In this document: positions 13,901 to 28,878 of the stretch, piece after piece
How the letters are laid out: the number at the start of each line of letters is the position of its first letter
Position numbering within the stretch: the stretch's first letter is position 1
Assembly (NCBI GenBank): GCA_046563655.1
Contig: CM102289.1
Coordinates: 5,208,001-5,272,000 of the forward strand
Length of the DNA: 64,000 nt
Reading direction: 5' to 3'
Source: Yuukianura sp. NJ FZ-2021
Taxonomy: Eukaryota
Translations under genes and position numbers: made by a program
Notes under the pieces: model-generated
The model's input: the letters and a program-made list of their open reading frames with translations, nothing else
Databases searched by the model: none
Told to the model about the DNA's origin: nothing

Positions 13901-16900
13901 CTGCCAACCAATACGTTGTGCTGTTGTGGTTAAGGAACGGAAAAATGCAAATAAACTAACTTTTTCTTTAAATTAGCAAAAATGGCGAGCCCCTAAGACA
14001 CGAGTTTTATCTTTCAAAATGTGAATCTAAGAGGCAAGATTGCCGCGTTTTTTGCCGCCATTTTTGTCTCTTCTGTTCCCACCAAGTGTCAATTTGCATT
14101 TTAGTCTTCGTTGTTGTAATGAGATTTTGTAACCAATTTTTTCAGCAGAAGGACCCACAACGAAGATGAAGCGCAGAAAATGAATTTGTTTTGAAAGAAG
14201 TAAGAAAAAAAGTTTAGAAGAAAAAGACGTTTATAATGTTATTACGAGGAAAATGAAAAAATGGAGACGGAAAAATACATCATTTAAAACTTCCCTCGCC
14301 TTTTTTGAACCCTCCGAGCAACTTTTTCCTTTTCCTTTTTGGTTGCCATTGTCTTTTTAACTTAAAAAAACTTTAATAAAAGAAATTGGACAATTATAAA
14401 GAGTAAGGGTTTTCCCTTTCTTTTCTATTTTTCTTTGAAAAATAAAAAGATGAGAGAAAGCAAAATTTTGTTTGTGTGCCTTGTGGGTGCGCGTAGTTTT
14501 TATCTTTCTTTTTTTATTACAAAGAAGAAAACTTTTTAATAAAAAATCAAGATTTTATCAGAAAAGGTTACGTTTTTTGTCAACTCGAAAACAAAGCGTC
14601 AGTCTGTTCAGAAAAGTTTTATTTTTAACAAAAATTTACAAGAGAAAAAAGTTAGTGATGAAAAAATGTCATTAAAATTTTTCATTCCGAATGACACAGT
14701 TTCCTCCTCATAAATTTTTAACTTTTTGCAGTGAGTATAACACAAATCTTTTTGTCCTTATTTGAATGACACGCGTCTTTAAGATTTGCAAGTTAATAAA
14801 AATTCTCAAGTGAGGAGAAATGTTGCTATAAAGTTTCCCCTACTCCCACTACATCATTTCAAGCTCGCTTGCACTCTGACTTTAATTTAATTCTGTACGC
14901 TTTTTCTAAGAAAGAATTTAATAAAATTGTAACATATTTTTTTAAATCTCTTTTGTTCTAAGAAAGAGCTTTAGAATTTCTTGCAATCCAAATTATTGTC
15001 TTTTTCTTCTCTAGCAAAAAGAGGCTCAAAGTTCACTTTCTCCAAATTGACTCTTGCATCTAATCAGGCTTTACATGAAGCGTAGCATAGTTGGGGCCTC
15101 AGAATTTTCGAAAAAAAAAAAGTCCAGAGTTGGGCACGCAGAGAATTTGGAACAGTGCAGACTTGGGCACGCAGCGGTTTCTTGAGGTCTGCTACTGTGC
15201 TGGAGGGTCATTTGAAAGATAAGAAGAGAGGAAAAGTGAATCTAAGTGAATGAAATTGTAATACATCACATTACTCATGCCGACTTTTGGTTGCGCTGGG
15301 TTAAGCTCTTTTAGCTGAAATTTCTAAAGAATCGGCACAAAAAATAAGCTTCAGCCGAAAGCCGTTCCGCTCAATTCAAAACTATGTAATTAAATTTCGT
15401 ATTCTAAGCGTGAGAATGTAAATTGAACGAACATGACAATTCAACTGTTATTTCTTGCATTTTTACACATCGATTTTACCTTACGATTTTAAATCTAACA
15501 TAACCTCAAGTTTTACATTACATCAACAGCCTAAAATCGAAACAATCTCAGAGTAGTACGCAGGGTAGCAGTAAAACATAGTCTTTTACTTTGCTTCGGA
15601 TAGCATAAATTGTATTACCACTATACTTTAATATGAAAGGAAACATAAAAGAGAAAATTTATGGAAGGTGTAAGTTGACCGGACGGATTTGGCGCCGAAA
15701 ATCAAAATTGAATTTGAAAGTTAATTGAGATTTTGAGAAATGATTCCCGCCAGTTTAATTTACGCGGTTTCGAGGCCACTTTCTCTGTGCCTTCCTGTGT
15801 GGCCTCTGCCTCTGAAATTTTAAAACTTCAAAGGACTTGTTCCTACGTCAACCTACATCCTCGCTCGCTTTCACTCAAAGCTTTTCCACTTCCCTCCAAA
15901 ATTTTGACTTTACCTAGTCTCATATATTTTCCATTTATGAGTCACTTTCTTCTACCTTCTCCGAGGAAAAAGCACGCTATAAAAAGCTTGTGCTACGAAA
16001 GCACAGAGAAACGCACAACTGAAAGTGCATCAAAGGCCCATTCATTTTACCTTGTTCTGACATGTGACTTCCAGGATTAGGATTTTGGGAGGTGAGTAGG
16101 GCGTAATATGTGCGAGGTCTCTACACACTGTGTAACACTATGGCCTCATGCGGGTAGGTTTGAATTGAAAAGACAAAGGACATGTGTGAACCTACAGAGG
16201 AACATCAATCTTAATGTAGAAGAGACACCGGGGGAAAGAAAGTGAAAGCAAGGAATTATTAGTTCCTTTGCATAAGGCGCGACATTTCTCTAGAGACAAA
16301 AAATTTAAACTCGACCCGTCCTTTCTTCTGTGAATTTCTTTTGAAGCTGAGGATGAACATAATAAAATGGGAAAAGTTTTCCTGTCTACTGAGTCCATCG
16401 TAATGATAAGTTAAAAAGGCTCCAAAAGAAGGAAGATACAGTTGAAATGAGTGTAGGAGAGTAAAAAAAAAGTCCAGTTTCAATTCACAGTAGGATTAAA
16501 CTTTGGAATTAGTTTACTCCCTACGCAGTAACACACTAACTCAGACGCTAGTTGAAACGTGAAAAAAGAGAAAGTTTTTAGATTAACTTACGGATTGGAG
16601 AAGCAGGGCGTGAAAGAAAAGTCGCTTTTAATTGGATCTCGACTCTGCTCAAAAAAGTGACAGAAAGCCTCAAGACGAACTTTCATTCACTTTCTCTTTT
16701 ATCCGCTTTTCAAACCTTTCCGCCACATTTTGCTCGAAGGGAGATAGGTTTTCAAGAGTTCGCATCACTCTAACCTAATTGCGTAACTCGAGTAATGTCA
16801 TGTTCTAAGTCAACATTGTTGAATAAGGTTAGTTAATATTAAGACATACATTAGTGTACAACTCGTATAAAAAGTGAGGTTTAGTATAAAAATGTTTTGA

Positions 16901-19900
16901 AAAACGGTTGGAAGTTGTTGATAAAATTAAAAGGTCAAGGGGAAAGTGAAGGTTTGGTGAAAGTGGAATTGGATTTGAGCTGTCTATTATTCTTCCGTCT
17001 GTTCCGTTCAAAGGTTAGCTGAGGGCTTTGTGTGCACACACATGGAATAACGTAGAGTCGAAAGAAGGATGAGGCAGAGGACAGAGACATTTCATCTTGT
17101 CGTCTGAACTTCTGCCTCTTCTTTCCTCCAAAACACAAGTTCTATTGTTAACGCAAAGTGTATTGCCATCTCCTGCCCTTTGTTCTTTGACTCCTTTGAT
17201 GTTCCTCTCTGCGCCAAAGGGCGAACATAGAACAAATCAGAGAAAGACTTAAGGGAGGCAGAGGACAGAGGAACCTTTACAAAAATAAAAAAATTGACTT
17301 TGGCTTCTTTCCCAATGAGTCCAATTTTTGGCTTCTGAGGAACCAACAGCAAGGGAGGAGCAGTCGAAAGAACGGAGTCCAAATTGTAGAAATTGGCAAA
17401 GAAATCTCATATTCCCTTCTGCTTTTTTTTCCTTTACAAAAAAGTAAAGAAAACAAAGGATTTTCTATCCTAAGAAAGAAGGCGCGTCCTTTACTGACAT
17501 TTTCATATTCTTTGCCAGTCACTTTCACTTTCTTCGAACCTTTCTCCCCATTTCATATACAGGCATTCCGAGCTGGGCATAGCCATGACGCTTTTTTGCC
17601 AAAAAAAGTGAATTCCAAATTCTTTTTGTTGTTTTCCTTGTGCAGGAAAGCCTTGTGATGGAAATGACACGCTTTTGGCTTAGTAATATGATGATATTTG
17701 GCAAAGAATTAGATAAAAGACGAAGCCCATAATGTTAATCTACACAACGGTTAGGAGATACTCGTGGGGTGGAATAATAGTTAAAAACAATGGGAACAAA
17801 CAAAGGGGGCGGGGGGACTTGCAGAATCGGGTCATTAGAGTTAAGACTTACAAGGAAGAAAAATAGTGACTTGGAGGCCGTAACCACAAAGGGCTCTGCA
17901 GAACGACGGAGCCTTAACAGTCTGTTGAGGCTGAAACTGACTCTAATGGTTCTCTTTAAGTCCCGTTCTCACCAGGATGAAAATGATAAGTCGTGAGAAA
18001 ATAGTGACAATATGGAACCCATTATACAAGGGGGAGGGAGGTCTCTGAAAAAGTCGTGAGAAAAGTTAAGAACTCAAAAGAAAAAGACGCGAAATAAAAA
18101 GAGAGAGAAAGGTTGCCTGGAAAATAGCACAGAAACCGTCAAAACTGGTTAAAAAATAAAAAGGAATTACTGAAAAATCAATAAAATCATGAATAGAAAT
18201 CATAACGAGAAATTTGAGAATCATCAAGAAAAGTAGAGAACTTTTTGAAAACGCTGGAAAAAATTGTAACTTTATCCGGCAACAGGATTTCTAATTTGCC
18301 CTCTGGAACTTAGCCTGGCAGTAACTTTAAGAAAAAGCAAAAACGCAGGAATATGAAAGCCCAAAGAAGAAGATTTTGTCTTTGGAATGGTCACTAGGGC
18401 TGAACATTCCAACTGAGATTACGATCGATTTCTTATCTTTTATCCAAGTTATTTCACTTGTGCTGCTTTGAGGTTGATGACTTAGAAAGCAAAAAGCACA
18501 AGAAACCAGAGCTGGGTATTTGAAACTAAAATGCCGAGCTGGGCATCGGGAGGGAGGCGGAAGCTCGAGGTTTGGATGATCACAAAGCCAAATGATAATC
18601 GTTCCCTTGATCACCCTGCGTCTCTTTACTTTTTGCCCAACATCAGCTAGAGGAGAAGGCGCCCATTTCTGATAGCCCTCTTCACAATTCCCGCGTGCCG
18701 AATCGTATTTCCTTCCCGTTGAAACAGTTTCCTAATGATAGTGCAGGATTCCTTTCCAAATGGCGTCTACAGCCCAGTCGCCATTATCATTCCAATAAAA
18801 AGTTCGCTTTTTGTTCTTTTTCAAATAGGCTCAAAAACTCAAACTTTTCCTCATTTATGTTGTGGTAACATTTTCAAAAATTCTCTGCCTTTTCTGCTGA
18901 AGAAAGAAAAGAAACTTTTGGAAACCCATTTCGCTCTGATTCATATGCAAACTGTAGCTTCTAAAATTAATTCTGTGCTTAATATGAATTAGTGTTGGGT
19001 GGAAACGCTCTGACTCCGGCACGCCGGAAGTAATGTGAAGAAGGCGCGGGAAACATGAAATTTAAACCAAAAGAGAAAGCGGGAAAAGCGGAAGTCTTAA
19101 ACCTAGGCGTAAATATTCTAAGTGGAAAATGATGACGATGATTACTCAAGCCTCTCGCGCTCGAGATTTTCTTTTGTTTGATCTTTACCGCAGCATTCCT
19201 TTACGCATGTGCTGGGAAAAAATGAGCGGAAACGTTTTCATATTACTATGAAATCTTTTTTTTCTGAACTTACGCAGAGAAAGTAGCTTTTTGAAAAATT
19301 GGAAGTGTCACTGTACAAACAGTAAATAAAAAAGATACTATGGTGGACTCATTTTGTGGAGGAGAAGGCAGCGTCCTCTGAATAATGCAAAAGATTTCGA
19401 AGATACCACTGGTGGTTCGGTGCTGCTCGAAAAGGAAAAATGATCAGACTCGTAAGTAAAAATGCGATTTTCGCTCGTTACTCTACCCAGAGACAGACAT
19501 GGAATATCAAAGAAAAAAGTGGGAAAACTTGTGGCATACTTTTGAGAAAAAAAAATTGCAAATCGAAACGAGATCCTCCTAACAACTTTTTGAAGCGTCA
19601 TTTTTTTTAACAATTTGTCTACGACCACTTTCCCCAATAAACTCTAAAGTTACTATTCTATACAAAAGGTTTGTAATTTTCTGTTTCAATTTTTGTTGGT
19701 TTAAAGCACCTTTTTCAAGTTAGTAAAGAAAAATAAAGTTTTAAGTTTGGAACTACGATAATTTGAAGCGGACTTTCTGAGATTTTGAGACGTGTGCAAT
19801 TATTTTTTGAGAAGTGAGAATGAGGGGCTGTTCTCAAAATTGTTTTATTCAAGTTTAGAAGTAGAAGTTTGTTGAAAAGTTGTAATTACGCCGTGAAAAT

Positions 19901-22154
19901 TCAATGGAGGAACGAAGGAAATGGTAACTGTCAAGTGGACTATGTTCCAGTTCTTGTCAAAACTTTCATCTGGAAAGTTGAATCATTAAGCACGGATTTG
20001 CAAAACTTTATTGATTCTCTACAGCTACAACTTATACAAAACTCCTCCAAGAAGAAAACTTTTTTCTCAGAATTCTCGAATCAAAGATTTTGCGTAATTC
20101 TCGACTTTCCAAGTCCTTCTCAAATTCATAAGATTTTCAAACTTTGACGACTGCTTGAGACGCCACCACCCACCAAAATTTCAAAATCAGAACTGCCTTT
20201 TCCAGAGTTAAAGTTTTGCTTTCCCATTGATCCGTGGCTTTTTTTTTCTCTTACTGAAAAAAATTGGTTTAGGTTCTTAGGCTTCGTTCCAGATTTTCAG
20301 TTCTCTGCTCAACTTTTTTTTAGAAAAAATAAAGAAAAGTTGAGCCAAAAGGAGAAAACTGGTGGTTTTTAAAGGAAAGTTAATCAGCGCAAGTCAATTA
20401 ACTTTAAACTGGAGGGAATAATTCGAACGAGGAGAAGAGCATATTTCTGCTCTAAACTTTCTGTGCTTTCTTCACAGTTGAAGGTTTGGCTCTGCTTGAA
20501 GAACGTTGGAACCAAAGGATTAAGAATCAAAGATTTCCCAGATAGACCCTAGACTTCTGCTCCAATTCGACTGGAACTGAAACGCAAAAGCTTTTCTGTT
20601 CCCAAAGCGGATTTACATTTTGCCCTTGTTGGAATCTAAAGTTCTTAGTTTGCTGGTTCTACAACTTTGTGGAATTAGCTCTGGCTGTTAATCTTCCAAA
20701 GAGACTGTAAGAACAGAAGAGAAAGTTGTCTGGGAAGCAGGGGAGTGAAAGCGTGGAAATAGAAAATTTTAAACTCAAAAAATCTAACCACAAATTCCCA
20801 CAAAAGCTTAAAAACTTCACTTTTTTTCCGTGTATATGGAATCTTAGAGTCTGTAACAACCAATCATACGACTTCAGATATGCTTATGTTAGCCACTAAA
20901 AAAAGTGGTTTTCAGCTTGAGTAGCAATTTTTAGTTTTTTTTTTAGAAAAGAATCTGACTAAAACTTTTTGCTTTAAGCTTTTTTGAAATTATGTTTGCT
21001 AAGACAAAATGAAAAAAATCTTTTCTATGAAATAAAATACCTCATATCAAGGCAATCTCCTAGGAAATGGGTGTGTTAGATGAAGATATTCAAAGGAAAT
21101 GAAAGGGCGAGAGAAAGTCGATTTTCAAACGAATATCCTTCCCGTCGTGTTGCTAGTTTAACTTTTGAAATTGTATCTCAGCGGAACTTTGTCCTCTTAG
21201 AAACGAACCCAGTTAGGCGGGAAGTGACAAGGTTGTACTAAGGAGGAAAGGGGAAGCGCCAAGGTTGTTGGCGGCGGTTCTTTTCAAAATGTAAATCAGT
21301 CTTGGCAATATGAGGTTCTCTTCGTGTAGAAGCCACTTTTCCAGTCTATTTGAGAAAACACGGGAAGTCCATTATTTCTGGAGCGCATGGAGAAATAGAC
21401 CACTTTCACCCACTTTCTACCAGAGATGGGCAACTACACCAATTTCGTAAACTGATCCCGTCTCCCGCCCTCGTAATCTATGGACCAGCCAGAGAAAGTG
21501 CTCACTTTCACCCACTTTTATATTGCTCAAACATCACTTCCACCAGGTACTCCTCCGTGTTCCAGCCATATCATAACCACTCGAATTATTTATAAGCTCC
21601 CGCCAAACTCTCTCAAAAAAAGAAACTTTGAAAAAAATGAGTTTTATTTCCAATTTTGCTAAAGTAGAAACCTTTGTTCGAGTTGACCTCGTGACCCCTT
21701 AAACTACCTTAGGAAAAGAGCAGCGGAGGCCAAAATTGGGGCGGGTGACAGGGGAATAAAAATGATGAATCTGGTTCAGAAATGTTGAAATGGAAAGCAG
21801 TAGGAGGGTTAGCGTAATCAAATCACTGATGCAGCTCATGAAATGAATGTAAAAAGTTGGAGCGGTGCCGAAAAAAAGGAGAGGTGTTTGAATTTGGCTC
21901 GAATTCTGAAAATCTTTCTTGGAAAAAGTCCTTGGTCTCTGGCAGTTGATCTTTGGGGTGTGAAAAGTGAAAGGTGACTTTCACTGGAGGTGAAAAGACT
22001 CACCTAATCTCCCTCCATTTTGTGCTTTCTCCTTCTTCTGGCGGTGAATTCTAAAGGAAAGATTTTCTTTTTAAAATTTTGAAAGAAGAAATGAAAAGGG
22101 GCTTATGCTGGCTTGAATTTCTTTTTTAATTTTCGATTTTTCTTGTATTTGTAG

Positions 22155-24427
22155 TTGGTCCAACTGCACATGGCTGGGAAGGCAGAGGCTACACGAGTGT
22201 GTATGGTGGGCCCTATTTTGATTCCAGTACACCAACAAACATTACAGCACAGCTAGGAACTCACGCCTTTCTACCATGCAAAGTGAAGCAACTTGGTAAC
22301 AAATCCGTAAGTGTCAATTTACGAAACACAAAAATCTAGAGATTTTTTGTTGTTTTTTTTTTCAAAATTTAAAATTTGGTGCCTAGGTCTCCTGGATTCG
22401 GAAGCGAGACGCACATATTTTGACAGTTGACAGATACACGTTCATTGCAGACGAGAGATTCCAAGTGCTGCATAACAGTGATACTTGGACCCTTCAAATC
22501 AAGTACGTCCAGAGCCGAGATGAGGGAGAGTACGAGTGTCAAGTAAGTTCAAGTCCACAAATCAAGGTCATGCTATGTTATAACATAGCAATAATAACAA
22601 ATAAAATAAACTTTATGAAACTCTGTATTTACATTTCACTTTTTGTTTCATTTTGACATAACTTTTCCTCTTTGTTTACAATTCCTGAGGCTTCCCAAAT
22701 ACTTTCACCGTATAACTTCTTGTCCATACAGCAAAAGCCTGCGGCTACAAACATCAGTAGACAAAGACGATATTTTTGTTTTCTCTGACTGTTTCCTTTG
22801 ATGTTTTTGCCCAAACTTAATAAACCTTGTTCTTTCCTTTCTGCTCTAATTGCATTAAACGAGTTTAGCAGAGCGACTAATAGGGTTGTTGTTGTGTGCT
22901 CACTTTGCAGGTGACGAGTGAACCCAAGTTGTCTCTGTTCGTGTCAATGGAAGTAGTTGTTCCGCAGACGAAGATTCTAGGAGAGACGGACATCTTTGTT
23001 AAGTCCGGAAGTACGGTACAAATTAAGTGTATTATCATGCAGAGCCTCGAGCAACCCTCCTACATCTTCTGGTTCCATGATGGAACACGCATCCTTAACA
23101 CCAATGGAAAGCATCAGTGGGTGGAGAGGGTACGACTTTCTCCTTCGACAACTTTTGAAAAATCCGATTTCAAAATAATGATTTTTTTTAATTTTCAAAA
23201 TTTGTAGGTAAATTCCGACACAACCATTGCTACTCTTGTTATCAAAACAGCCGACCGAAGGGACACTGGAAACTACACTTGTGCTCCATCGAATCTCGAC
23301 TCGGCTAGTGTCATTCTTCATGTGCTCAATGGTACGATTTGTGCAAATCTGTTTTTTAAATAAAAAGTTGTTTATGTGATGAAAAGATGGAGATTGTGTC
23401 GCAATTTTCATTTTGCGATTTTTTTTTGTAAACGATCCTCAAATCCAATAACTCGAGTTCTATTTTTTGTCTCGAGTGAAAACAAAAGAAAGTCTTTGCG
23501 TGAGAACGAAATGAAAAATCGGAGCAAGTGGAGATAATAAACTGAAACTGGGAAATGGCATGTAGAACTGCTCTGGGTTTATTAGAACGAAGGGAGGAGG
23601 AAAGGCGGGAGTCTCAGGGATACATATTACAATTTGCGAAAATTTAATACTCCCGCCTGGATTCGAACCCTCAGCTTAGCTCTGCTTCTCGCTCCGAGAA
23701 ACTTTAATTGCCTTCAATGTCACTCCTTTGTTGGTTGTACTACATTTGATAAACTAAAGAAAATAACATACTACGTACCAGCACTATTCCACATCCTTGT
23801 GCCTCAAGTCCTCGCACGAAAATAGAAAGCGTAGCATGCATGTAATTCCATTTCCTGTCACATTTTGAGCACTAGGGCAAAAGTAAACAGAAAATTATTA
23901 ATATCTACAACTTAATTAAATTTCAAATTCTACACGTCAAGAGACGATGCACGACACATTTTCCTACTCACTAGCTCAAAAATGACATTTTCCAGTAAAA
24001 AGCTCCGAAACGGAACGAACCTTTCTGATTTCGAAACACCAAAATGTCTCTAATGTATAATTAAAAATTGTTAAACTGTTGTAAAATAATTGCACTACGA
24101 ATCTCTGAGTAAATCTGAGTAACCGAAAGAAGTTTCTGCAGAAATGACCTCTCGTGACCTTTATTTTGAAAGGTCATTGACATTTCCAGCATTCAATTGT
24201 TCCTATCTGTTACAGAATCGCTCTTTGTATTCCTTTGTAACTTCGTAAAATGAACTCAAAACATGATCTTGTGGATCTATTGTTCCTTTTCTGTTTCAGG
24301 TGAACATCCTGCTGCTATGCAACAAGAATCGACAGGAACTTCTTCAGCAGCGTTTCCCTACTTACGTATTCTTAGTGCAGCGCTCGTAGTTTCTCATCAT
24401 CAAAAAATTCTGTTCGGATCCACGTGA
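22155..24427 (+). CDS. dpr: Dpr (defective proboscis extension response)-family two-Ig-domain cell-surface protein, resembles dpr11; 5' exon(s) not identified
   Basis: Exons 22155-22306, 22387-22542, 22911-23129, 23208-23331, 24300-24427, all GT-AG and phase-compatible. Translation: PYFDSSTPTNITAQLGTHAFLPCKVKQLGNKS|VSWIRKRDAHILTVDRYTFIADERF...WTLQIKYVQSRDEGEYECQ|VTSEPK...IFWFHDG...|DTGNYTCAPSNLDSASVILHVLN|GEHPAAMQ, then a hydrophobic GPI-signal-like tail. These are typical Dpr motifs. Confidence 0.93.
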
Positions 24428-26134
24428 CCGTCCTAGGTTGTTTCCCCAATTCAAAGCAACTTCCATGTTCACTTCAAATGAAGCCGAAGGTGCTACATAG
24501 CGCGTCGCTTTCGTCGAACCCTGCAGAGCACCCCTCCCATGAGACTTTCTGCCCCCACCCCCAATGGCTGCGAACCCCGCCAACTTCCAACTCTGTCATG
24601 AAAAGACTTGAAATGCGCGTCTTATGTTCCTGTTTAAAATGTCAACAACATCCATACTCTATTAGGCTCCAAACTAAGGCAGAAGGGAGTCTATATACGC
24701 CCCTCAAATTAGTTTGTAATACTTAACTAACACTAAAACGCTGAAAAACTAACAATTTCATAGTTAGGCCAACTTTTAATTAATAATCAAATAATGGTAA
24801 CTAAGTTATGGACGTACTGTTACGGAACATTTTGTAACAAACAAGCAGTGGGTGTCTAGAAAAGTTTGGAAAAAGTTTTCAACCTTCCTACAAACAACTA
24901 ATGACACAAAGGCATACTCCGGAAGGGAAAAGTTGTGCTAAACTGGTGAAAGTGTGAAAATTTACACCAGCGCGTGTGCATCCATACACAAAAAACTGTT
25001 TACATATTATTGTGTAACGGCGCAACTTCAAGGAATAAGGGACCTGGCGTCGCGGTGTCATCCTAATCCTCAGATTTTTGTGAAACTAAAATGTTACTAA
25101 TAAAAAAAACGTCTTTGTGCGACCAGAGTTAAAAGTTAAGTCTTAGTCCTGCTTTTAGAAACTTTGTGTTTTTTGAAAGTGTTGTTTTCTGTTTAAGAAA
25201 TATAAAACTTGTAAATAAAAGTTGAAACTTTCGGGTCCCTTCCCGAGAAAAATGTCTTTTTTTGTCTTCCAAAATTGAACAAAAGGAATTTCAAATTTTG
25301 GAATCAAAAGTTAGATACTCAATCAATTTTGCCAAATGGAAAAAAAGACCTTGAGAATTTGACATTGTTCTGGTGAGATCCGACAGTGAGAGTGAAAACA
25401 AAGAAATGTTTTTCTGGATTCAACTTTGACGCGGAGTCTGATTGGAAATGATATATGAGCCCAAACCAAATCTAGATTTCGAACAAGGTTGTTTGACTCT
25501 TGAAGTTTTGAAAACAAAAAAAAATCTGCCGCTTGAAGAAAAAATGTTGAATGTTGGTCGTAAGTGCATTTGAGGCAATGTTTCCTCCTAACGTCTTACT
25601 TTCTTTCTTTCTAAAAAAAACTTTTGTAATAAAGGAATTCAGCCGAGGTTTGAAAGTGAAAGCAGAGAGCTTTTTTTTCTCTCTCGCCTACGTTTTGGCA
25701 GTGAGTATTTTTTGGCATTGAGGCATTTCCACTTTTTCCGTTCGTAATGAAATCCCTTCCTTCTTTTCCTCTTCTTCCTTTACTGCCAAGTGATCAATAT
25801 TATGTCAGAAAAAGTTGGCAAAGAAAAGTGTACGAGTAGCTAGATATACCGGTGGTATGGAGAAACGATAGCATTTTTTCTAGAAGTAAAAAAAAGTTGG
25901 AGTACGCCGGAAGTCTCCTAGGATCCATTTCCTATCAAAACACCTCTTTTCCACACCCTTTCTCCCACTTTCTCTTTTTTCAAAAAAAGTAGAAAGTTCG
26001 TAAAATTACTTTAAATAGCTCCTCCGATTCGTCATTAAGGAACCGAAAGGAACGGCCTTCCAAAAAATTCTTGTTTTTAATGTACGACGCAAGCACAAAG
26101 TTTGCGCGGTTGTGAAGAAGAAGCCGAGGTAAGC

Positions 26135-26197
26135 TGAAAAACCTAAATTCTTTGAAGTGCAGTGAAAACCCTAAATTCTTTGAAGTGCAGTGAAAAC
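26135..26197. repeat. Short tandem duplication (~28 bp x2)
   Basis: tgaaaa(a/c)cctaaattctttgaagtgcag repeated head-to-tail. Confidence 0.8.
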
Positions 26198-27639
26198 GCG
26201 ACACAAAAATTCTGACTCGCACTGTTACTACTATTGTGCTGAGTTAAAGGATTGGTGTTAACGGTTGAAGTAGAGAAACTTTTGGCAAGTTTCGTACCAA
26301 TTTTGGGCCATTTTATGTTTAAGGTTATTTCAAACCTTGGATGTTAGACTTTTAGTGCTTTTCCCTTTCATGCATTTGAATTTGAAAAGCCCGGATTTTA
26401 TTTAAAGGTAAAATGTTTCCAAAAATTGCAAGGATTTCTTAAAGTTATGAATGACGAAGACAAAAATTGGCCTTTTTTGAAATTTGTCACTTTGAAACTT
26501 TTTCTGCCGCTAACAAGGATGAGTGAAAGTTTCAAGGGAATTGGCTGATATCTTCTTCCTGGATTTGTAAACTATTTAAATGTAAAGTTTGTAAAGTACA
26601 GCACTGGTAGGAATCCAGAAGTCATTTAGCAAAAGCGGAAAACTCCGTCCAGTGCCTTTTGATTGTTCTTGAGGGAAATGCCGCGAAAATGGAGAAATTT
26701 CAAAGTTGGTTTCTGCTATTCGCCTAATTTCTGAAAGTGATGCTGGGACTTTCCCTGGAAGATTAGAAAAGGCGTGGGCGGATTCCTATATATGTTCTAA
26801 TCTCTCTGCAATTTCTCTCTGTTCTCATTTTGTGTTTCAAATGTTCCCGCGCTCGTTTAAAATTAAGTAAGCTTTGACTTCCTTCATTTAGCTTAGCTCG
26901 AGCTTCTAATCAATAGCATCAAAACCGCAAATATTAAATGGCTTCTCTTTCGTTTTACTTGCACAAGCAAAGCTTTGGCGGGAAATGTGACGTTTCCGGC
27001 AATATGTTAACCCTCAGGCAGCAGAGAAATATTTAAGGTATTAGAGCCAGGCTTTTGAAACAATTTCCAAAATCTTTTTTGTTCCCTTTGGTAATTTTTC
27101 CTTTTTAGTAGAAATGTTCCAAATGTAAAATTTCTGGTGCTGAATTTTTTTGTTGACTTCCGTGTTGAAAGTTATGGCTGCTCGTTTTGAGTGTGCAACG
27201 AACATAGAAGAGAAAGTGTGGGGAAAGTAAGGCTTTTGTTAAGAGCCCATGTATCATCTGCCGTCAAATTTGTTTACTTGGAAGCCTCACTATGAACGTG
27301 GAGCTCCACTTCTAAACTCCTCTTTTTCGTGTATTCGCCAGAAAAAAAGAAGCAAAAAGTTTTTTTTTCATTTTTTATTTTATTTTGAGCATGTTGCAAA
27401 CAACCAACTTTCCTTCGCTCTTTTCATCATTTTCAGGATTTATAAACTTGGGAACAGTCCCTCCAAGAGATTTATTGCAACACAAGTCAAATGGCTTGGT
27501 CACTCCTCTGCCCCACTTTACAAAGTTGCTATTTTCAAACAAAAAATTTTCCAAAAAAAAATCACTCATGGCCAGTTTCCATTGTAGATGCTCCAGAAAA
27601 CTCCACGACAGCCAAGGCTTACTGTAAAAGTTAGCCACT

Positions 27640-28148
27640 GGGTTCACGCTTTATTTTTTTTGTTATTGATTTACGTTATCTTTATTTGCAAAACTTAAAC
27701 AATTGCAGGCATTTACATACCACGTCATTACATCCGATCAATTATGCAAGCGACATTTTTGTAAGTTCCAAATACATCAGTGGCAAATACATCAGTACTA
27801 AAAACAGCTTGAGTAGTACAAATGCATCCGAATCATGTACATCATCGACTATTACATTAGTAGGGCAAGTGCATAAAAACCGTTAACATTAGTTACAATT
27901 ACATCTGAAGAATAAAAACATTAAAAGCAATTACATCAGTTTCAAGTTTAAAAAGTCTGGCAATCTACTTTTTAACTAAAATTGGCTAATTGATTGTATA
28001 CTAAATATTTAAAAGTTATTATATTTGGCGGTGATATTTTTTTCTCCTCTGACGTAACGTAATGCAATAACGTTGATACTTTAAATGCTTTTGATGTAAT
28101 TTCCGTTGATGCATTTGACACTTACGTAATTGAACTAATGTCATGAGT
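27640..28148. mobile_element. Degenerate foldback element with TACATCA arrays
   Basis: The left half is rich in TACATC(A) units and the right half in the inverse TGA(T/C)GTA units. The left end GGGTTCACGC resembles the termini of the 9513-9760 family. Boundaries are approximate and no TSD was found. Confidence 0.4.
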
Positions 28149-28878
28149 GAAGTGATTGTTATTATAATTTATTCGGCGAATACTGGATTTTGTTGACATT
28201 TTTTTTATCGCCCTCTTCTTCTCCCTTGTACGGAATCCAAAAAATTGCAGACCAAGAATTCACTGCAAAGAAAGAAGTAAAAAATGAAATCTTATTTGAA
28301 GTCTTATAGTACTCGGGTTGAAAATTTTACGTGTGACAAATTTTGCCAACTGGTTCAAGGAAAAAAATCGGCGCGGTGTTTTTCCGTAGTCAAAAAATGT
28401 ATAACTCTGATTCTGTTTTGTGATTTTAAAATGCCATACACGTTCGTTGGGACTTCCTAATCTAGCAAAATAAAGAAATGCAAAAGCATGAAAAATACAA
28501 ATTCAGATTTTGGGTAAAATTGTCTTCATACCGATGGCAGTATGAAAGGAACAATTGATTGTCCAGTGACGAACGAATGACGAACTTCAAAACTACATTT
28601 TTTCTAAAAAGTTTTTCAATTTTGGATTTTTTGGCATTTTCATAAAACCTGTTGAAAGTAACAAGACTTCAGATTCAATTTCAATTGGTTTGTGTAACTT
28701 TAAAATCTAACCAGTCGGATGGCTCTACTTCAATCATGTTTTCAGAGACGAGACCGACATTTTGGTCCAGTTCAGCTAAGTACCAGTGTGGTTCTTCCTG
28801 TTTCAAACTCAACAGCTGTTGAAAATAAGCATTTTTTAAATTTCAGTTTAACTCTTTGGACCATTATTCATTCATGAG

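Noticed and set aside
23650..23700. B-box GGTTCGAATCC on the minus strand suggesting a tRNA or SINE
   Set aside because: The T-stem does not pair, and there is no A-box or cloverleaf.
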